Source: an uncultured Saprospiraceae bacterium (GTDB taxonomy: Bacteria > Bacteroidota > Bacteroidia > Chitinophagales > Saprospiraceae). From it: DNA of 64,000 nucleotides. The notes beneath the pieces are model-generated. The model saw only the letters and a list, made by a program, of their open reading frames with translations. It did no database searches and had not been told where the DNA came from. A program made the translations under genes and the position numbers. The stretch is from positions 10,762 to 74,761 of the forward strand of contig CALDYY010000016.1 in NCBI GenBank assembly GCA_937944245.1, read 5' to 3'. Positions within the stretch are counted from its first letter, which is position 1; the number at the start of each line of letters is the position of its first letter. Shown here one piece after another: positions 60,587-64,000 of the stretch.

Positions 60587-62413
60587 ATGAAGTGGCAGAT
60601 TATTGTGTTGTCTTTTTGTATTTCAGCTATTGGATTAAACGCACAACCGGAGCGTTGGCAGCAACGTGCAGCATATAAAATGGACATTGATTTCGATGTA
60701 AGAAAACATCAATTTAAAGGAAAGCAGGAACTGAAATATTACAATAATTCCCCAGATACTTTAGATAGGGTATTTTATCATCTCTATTTTAATGCTTTTC
60801 AGCCCAATAGTATGATGGATGTGCGTTCACGTTTACTGCCCGATTCCGACCCCCGTGTGGCTGCACGTATCTCTAAATTAAACGCTGAAGAAGTTGGCTA
60901 CCTTAAAGTTAATTCACTAACGCAAGATGGTCAAACTGTTGCTTTTGAAGAAGTAGAAACTATCCTAGAAGTGCAGCTTAATCAACCGATTTTGCCACAT
61001 AGTACCGCAACTTTTATCATGGAGTTTGATGGGCAAGTACCAATTCAAATTCGTCGCTCTGGCAGAAATAGTGCCGAAGGTATTGACTATTCTATGGCGC
61101 AGTGGTATCCTAAAATGTGTGAATACGATTATCAAGGTTGGCATGCTAATCCATACATTGCAAGAGAGTTTTATGGGGTATGGGGTGATTTTGATGTAAA
61201 AATTTCGATTGATAAAAACTATGTTGTTGCGGCTTCAGGGTATATTCAGAATCCAGAACAAGTTGGCTACAATTATGAAGAGAAAGGAATAACCGTGAGA
61301 AAGCCACAAGGTGAAAAATTGACTTGGCACTTTATTGCACCAAACGTTCACGATTTTATGTGGGCGGCTGACCGCGACTATGTACACACCAAATATCCTG
61401 CAAAAGATGGTACGTTGCTGCGTTTTTTCTATCAGGAAAACGAGCGAACCAAAGAACCTTGGGAAGCACTACCCGCTATCATGTCAGAAGCATTAGAATT
61501 TCTAAATGCTAATTATGGAAAATATCCTTATAAAGTTTATTCTTTCGTTCAAGGGGGCGACGGTGGCATGGAATACCCTATGGCAACTTTAATAACGGGA
61601 GAGCGCAATTTGACTAGCCTAGTTGGTGTGGCAGTGCACGAATTGGTTCATAGTTGGTATCAAATGGTATTGGGATCAAACGAAAGCCTTTATGCTTGGA
61701 TGGATGAAGGCTTTACCACCTATGCCAGTGCAGAAACAATGAACCATTTGCGCGCTAAAGGCTTAATTCCAGGTAGCCCAGTCGCTAATCCGCAAGCGAG
61801 TAATTACGATGGTTACATCCGATTTGCTGCCAGTGGCTACGAAGAACCCCTCTCTATTCATTCCGACCATTTTAATACTAACAGTGCTTATGGCGTAGCA
61901 GCATATACAAAAGGTGGAGTTTTGCTGGGTCAACTAAAATACATTATGGGTGAGCCAGCGTTCAAGAACGCTTTGCTACGTTACTATGATACTTGGAAAT
62001 TCAAACATCCTAACGCTAACGACTTTATCCGTGTTATGGAAAAAGAATCAGGTTTGGAATTAGACTGGTACAAAGAATATTTTGTTTACACTACTCATAC
62101 GATTGACTACGCTATTGATTCTTTAGGTACAGACCAAATTTATCTAAGTAGAAAAGGCGTTATGCCTATGCCTGTGGATGTACTCGTAACCTATGAGAAT
62201 GGGAGTAAAGAACTGTTTACCATTCCATTATGCTTAATGCGTGGTACAAAAAAAGAAGTATTGCAAGGCATTAAATTTACCGCTGCACCACGCTGGTACT
62301 GGACAAATCCAACATATAAATTAAAAGTGAACGGAAAAATTGTAAATGCACAAATTGACCCATTCAGGGGAATGGCAGATAGCAATGTGAATAATAATAA
62401 AGTAAGTAAATAG
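60587..62413 (+). CDS. secreted M1-family (gluzincin) metallopeptidase
   Basis: HELVHSWY (HExxH) followed by WMDEGFTTY, plus a signal peptide. Confidence 0.85.
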   Translation: MKWQIIVLSFCISAIGLNAQPERWQQRAAYKMDIDFDVRKHQFKGKQELKYYNNSPDTLDRVFYHLYFNAFQPNSMMDVRSRLLPDSDPRVAARISKLNAEEVGYLKVNSLTQDGQTVAFEEVETILEVQLNQPILPHSTATFIMEFDGQVPIQIRRSGRNSAEGIDYSMAQWYPKMCEYDYQGWHANPYIAREFYGVWGDFDVKISIDKNYVVAASGYIQNPEQVGYNYEEKGITVRKPQGEKLTWHFIAPNVHDFMWAADRDYVHTKYPAKDGTLLRFFYQENERTKEPWEALPAIMSEALEFLNANYGKYPYKVYSFVQGGDGGMEYPMATLITGERNLTSLVGVAVHELVHSWYQMVLGSNESLYAWMDEGFTTYASAETMNHLRAKGLIPGSPVANPQASNYDGYIRFAASGYEEPLSIHSDHFNTNSAYGVAAYTKGGVLLGQLKYIMGEPAFKNALLRYYDTWKFKHPNANDFIRVMEKESGLELDWYKEYFVYTTHTIDYAIDSLGTDQIYLSRKGVMPMPVDVLVTYENGSKELFTIPLCLMRGTKKEVLQGIKFTAAPRWYWTNPTYKLKVNGKIVNAQIDPFRGMADSNVNNNKVSK

Positions 62414-63352
62414 ATGGCAAAATTTAGAATGAATCACGCTCGCCAAAGTAAAGGTGGTTTGCCAAAAATCCAACCTTTATTGGCTTTAATTGCCATAGTT
62501 GGTGTTTTTGTTTGGGGTGCGATGGGATTGCCAAGTTGGTTGGCTATTAATGACTCGCCTCAAGTAGAAGCAGACATTTCTTTCCCGGACAAAGAGATAA
62601 AGAATCACGCAGAGGAGGAAGTATTTTTTCTGCCAAAAACAGTGGTAGATCAAGTGATTCATCATAAACATTATTCATTAGGTTATGTAGAGGAACACGA
62701 AGTAGCAGCGTGGGTAGCTTACGAACTCACACGCGAGCAACTTAAAATGGAGCGCGTCAAAAGGGCTGATTTTTTTCAACCCGATTCAAAAGTGATTACT
62801 GGGTCAGCACAATTAAGTGATTATCGAGGTTCAGGTTACGACCGTGGACATTTAGTTCCCGCTGCTGACCGTGCCTTTTCCACAGAAGCGATGGAAGAAA
62901 CTTTTTTGATGAGTAATATTACCCCTCAGGTGCATACTTTCAATGGAGGTATCTGGCGAGAGTTAGAAGAATTAGTGCGCGATTGGGCGTATAAATATAA
63001 AAAAGTCTATGTCGTTACAGGACCAGTACTGACTATGTCGCCTGTGAAACGAATTGGTGCAAATAAAGTAAGTGTACCTGCTGCTTTTTATAAAGTTATC
63101 TTAGATATTTCTGAGCCTGAATTAAAAGGAATTGGGTTCATCATCCCAAATGAAATGAGTACCCAAAGATTGCAGCAATATGCTATGAGCATTGACGAAG
63201 TAGAAAAGCAAACCGATATTGACTTCTTTGCGGATTTGATGGATGAAGTTTTAGAAAAAACAATAGAAAGCAAAATTGATATTTCTCTTTGGCATTTCGA
63301 TGAAAAAAAGTACGAATTACGCATTAATCGCTGGAATAACAATACTAGATAA
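62414..63352 (+). CDS. membrane-anchored/secreted DNA/RNA non-specific endonuclease (NUC/EndoG family)
   Basis: GYDRGHLVPAAD and SNITPQ motifs, plus the N-terminal TM segment LLALIAIVGVFVWGAMGL. Confidence 0.85.
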   Translation: MAKFRMNHARQSKGGLPKIQPLLALIAIVGVFVWGAMGLPSWLAINDSPQVEADISFPDKEIKNHAEEEVFFLPKTVVDQVIHHKHYSLGYVEEHEVAAWVAYELTREQLKMERVKRADFFQPDSKVITGSAQLSDYRGSGYDRGHLVPAADRAFSTEAMEETFLMSNITPQVHTFNGGIWRELEELVRDWAYKYKKVYVVTGPVLTMSPVKRIGANKVSVPAAFYKVILDISEPELKGIGFIIPNEMSTQRLQQYAMSIDEVEKQTDIDFFADLMDEVLEKTIESKIDISLWHFDEKKYELRINRWNNNTR

Positions 63353-63433
63353 TTGCCGAATAGGATACAGTCAATCTGAAAGATTTGCTGTCTAATTAAA
63401 TTTTGTCATTTAGAACTTGTAAAGTAATCAATC

Positions 63434-64000
63434 ATGTCTAAGCAAGAAAAATTTAGCAAAGAAATTGTAGAAAAATATACGACCAAAGGAGACTACATCG
63501 TGCTTGGTGGTGGTATTCTCGAAGGGATGCCAGTTAGTAATACTTTAGTAAAGTTACCTTTAAAAACGCTCAATCGGCATGGTTTAATTGCTGGTGCTAC
63601 TGGAACAGGAAAAACCAAAACGCTACAAGTTATTGCGGAACAACTCTCTGCAAAGGGTGTTCCTTGTTTATTAATGGATATAAAAGGCGATTTGAGCGGT
63701 ATAGCTGCTGAAGGAAAAACGAATCCTAAAATCGAAGAACGACACCAGCATATTGGTATCCCTTTTGAAATTGGAACAAGCCCTGTGGAGTTTTTGACGC
63801 TTTCAGAAGAAAAAGGAGCTAGATTACGTGCTACGGTTTCTGAATTTGGTCCAATTTTATTTTCCAAGATACTAGGTCTTAATGACACTCAATCAGGTAT
63901 TGTAGCAGTTGTTTTCAAATATGCTGATGACAATGACTTACCGCTCTTAGATTTAGAAGACTTCAAGAAAGTGTTGCAATACCTTGCTAAGGAAGGTAAA
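63434..64000 (+). CDS. HerA-like P-loop ATPase (DUF853/YjgR family), 3' end beyond the window
   Basis: Hand translation gives MSKQEKFSKEIVEKY...LNRHGLIAGATGTGKTKTLQVIAEQLS...LLMDIKGDLSG. The frame is open to the window end. The ORF-track entry 63493-63888 (-) is its antisense shadow. Confidence 0.75.
   Translation, partial: MSKQEKFSKEIVEKYTTKGDYIVLGGGILEGMPVSNTLVKLPLKTLNRHGLIAGATGTGKTKTLQVIAEQLSAKGVPCLLMDIKGDLSGIAAEGKTNPKIEERHQHIGIPFEIGTSPVEFLTLSEEKGARLRATVSEFGPILFSKILGLNDTQSGIVAVVFKYADDNDLPLLDLEDFKKVLQYLAKEGK

Noticed and set aside
63493-63888. 131-codon minus-strand ORF in the track
   Set aside because: It is the antisense shadow of a clear plus-strand HerA-like/DUF853 ATPase gene (Walker A GATGTGKTK) that the track omits because it runs off the window end.

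Overview
AT-rich (roughly 35-40% GC by eye) chromosomal segment, most likely from a Bacteroidota bacterium. Supporting signs are a CHU_C/T9SS type-B C-terminal sorting domain, signal peptides ending in NAQ or AQ, and a TTTG-N19-TAnnTTTG promoter. The window is densely packed with about 58 protein genes, mostly housekeeping: smc, gyrB, prfC, mdh, a RelA/SpoT-Fur-DCC trio, lepA, rplM-rpsI-rpsB-tsf-pyrH, recA, an MMPL/RND transporter, glgP, the oxidative pentose-phosphate set gnd/rpiB/zwf/pgl, sucC, an M1 peptidase and a secreted nuclease. I saw no rRNA, tRNA, CRISPR array or intact mobile element.

Non-routine content:
1. A 12-gene minus-strand envelope/general-stress island (43.8-49.8 kb: CsbD, YtxH, holin-like, lmo0937-like, OmpA, two beta-barrels, cupin, AraC). 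Three promoters there share a conserved ~67-nt module containing direct repeats spaced 21 bp apart.
2. A 1.2-kb non-coding gap upstream of relA/spoT. It carries two tandem minus-strand terminators with no annotated gene to terminate, which suggests an sRNA or micro-ORF.
3. A membrane-anchored PspA/IM30-like protein in a three-gene module.
4. Two decayed genes: an Rpn/PD-(D/E)XK-like gene with two in-frame stops, and a frameshifted PD40 lipoprotein.
5. Unusual gene architectures: an in-frame RibF-GT2 fusion coupled to a pRiA4b-ORF3-like gene, and SucC with a C-terminal helix-hairpin-helix tail.
6. Exceptionally long perfect hairpins.

No clear defence or mobile system is evident. All functional calls rest on motif recognition by eye, not on database searches.
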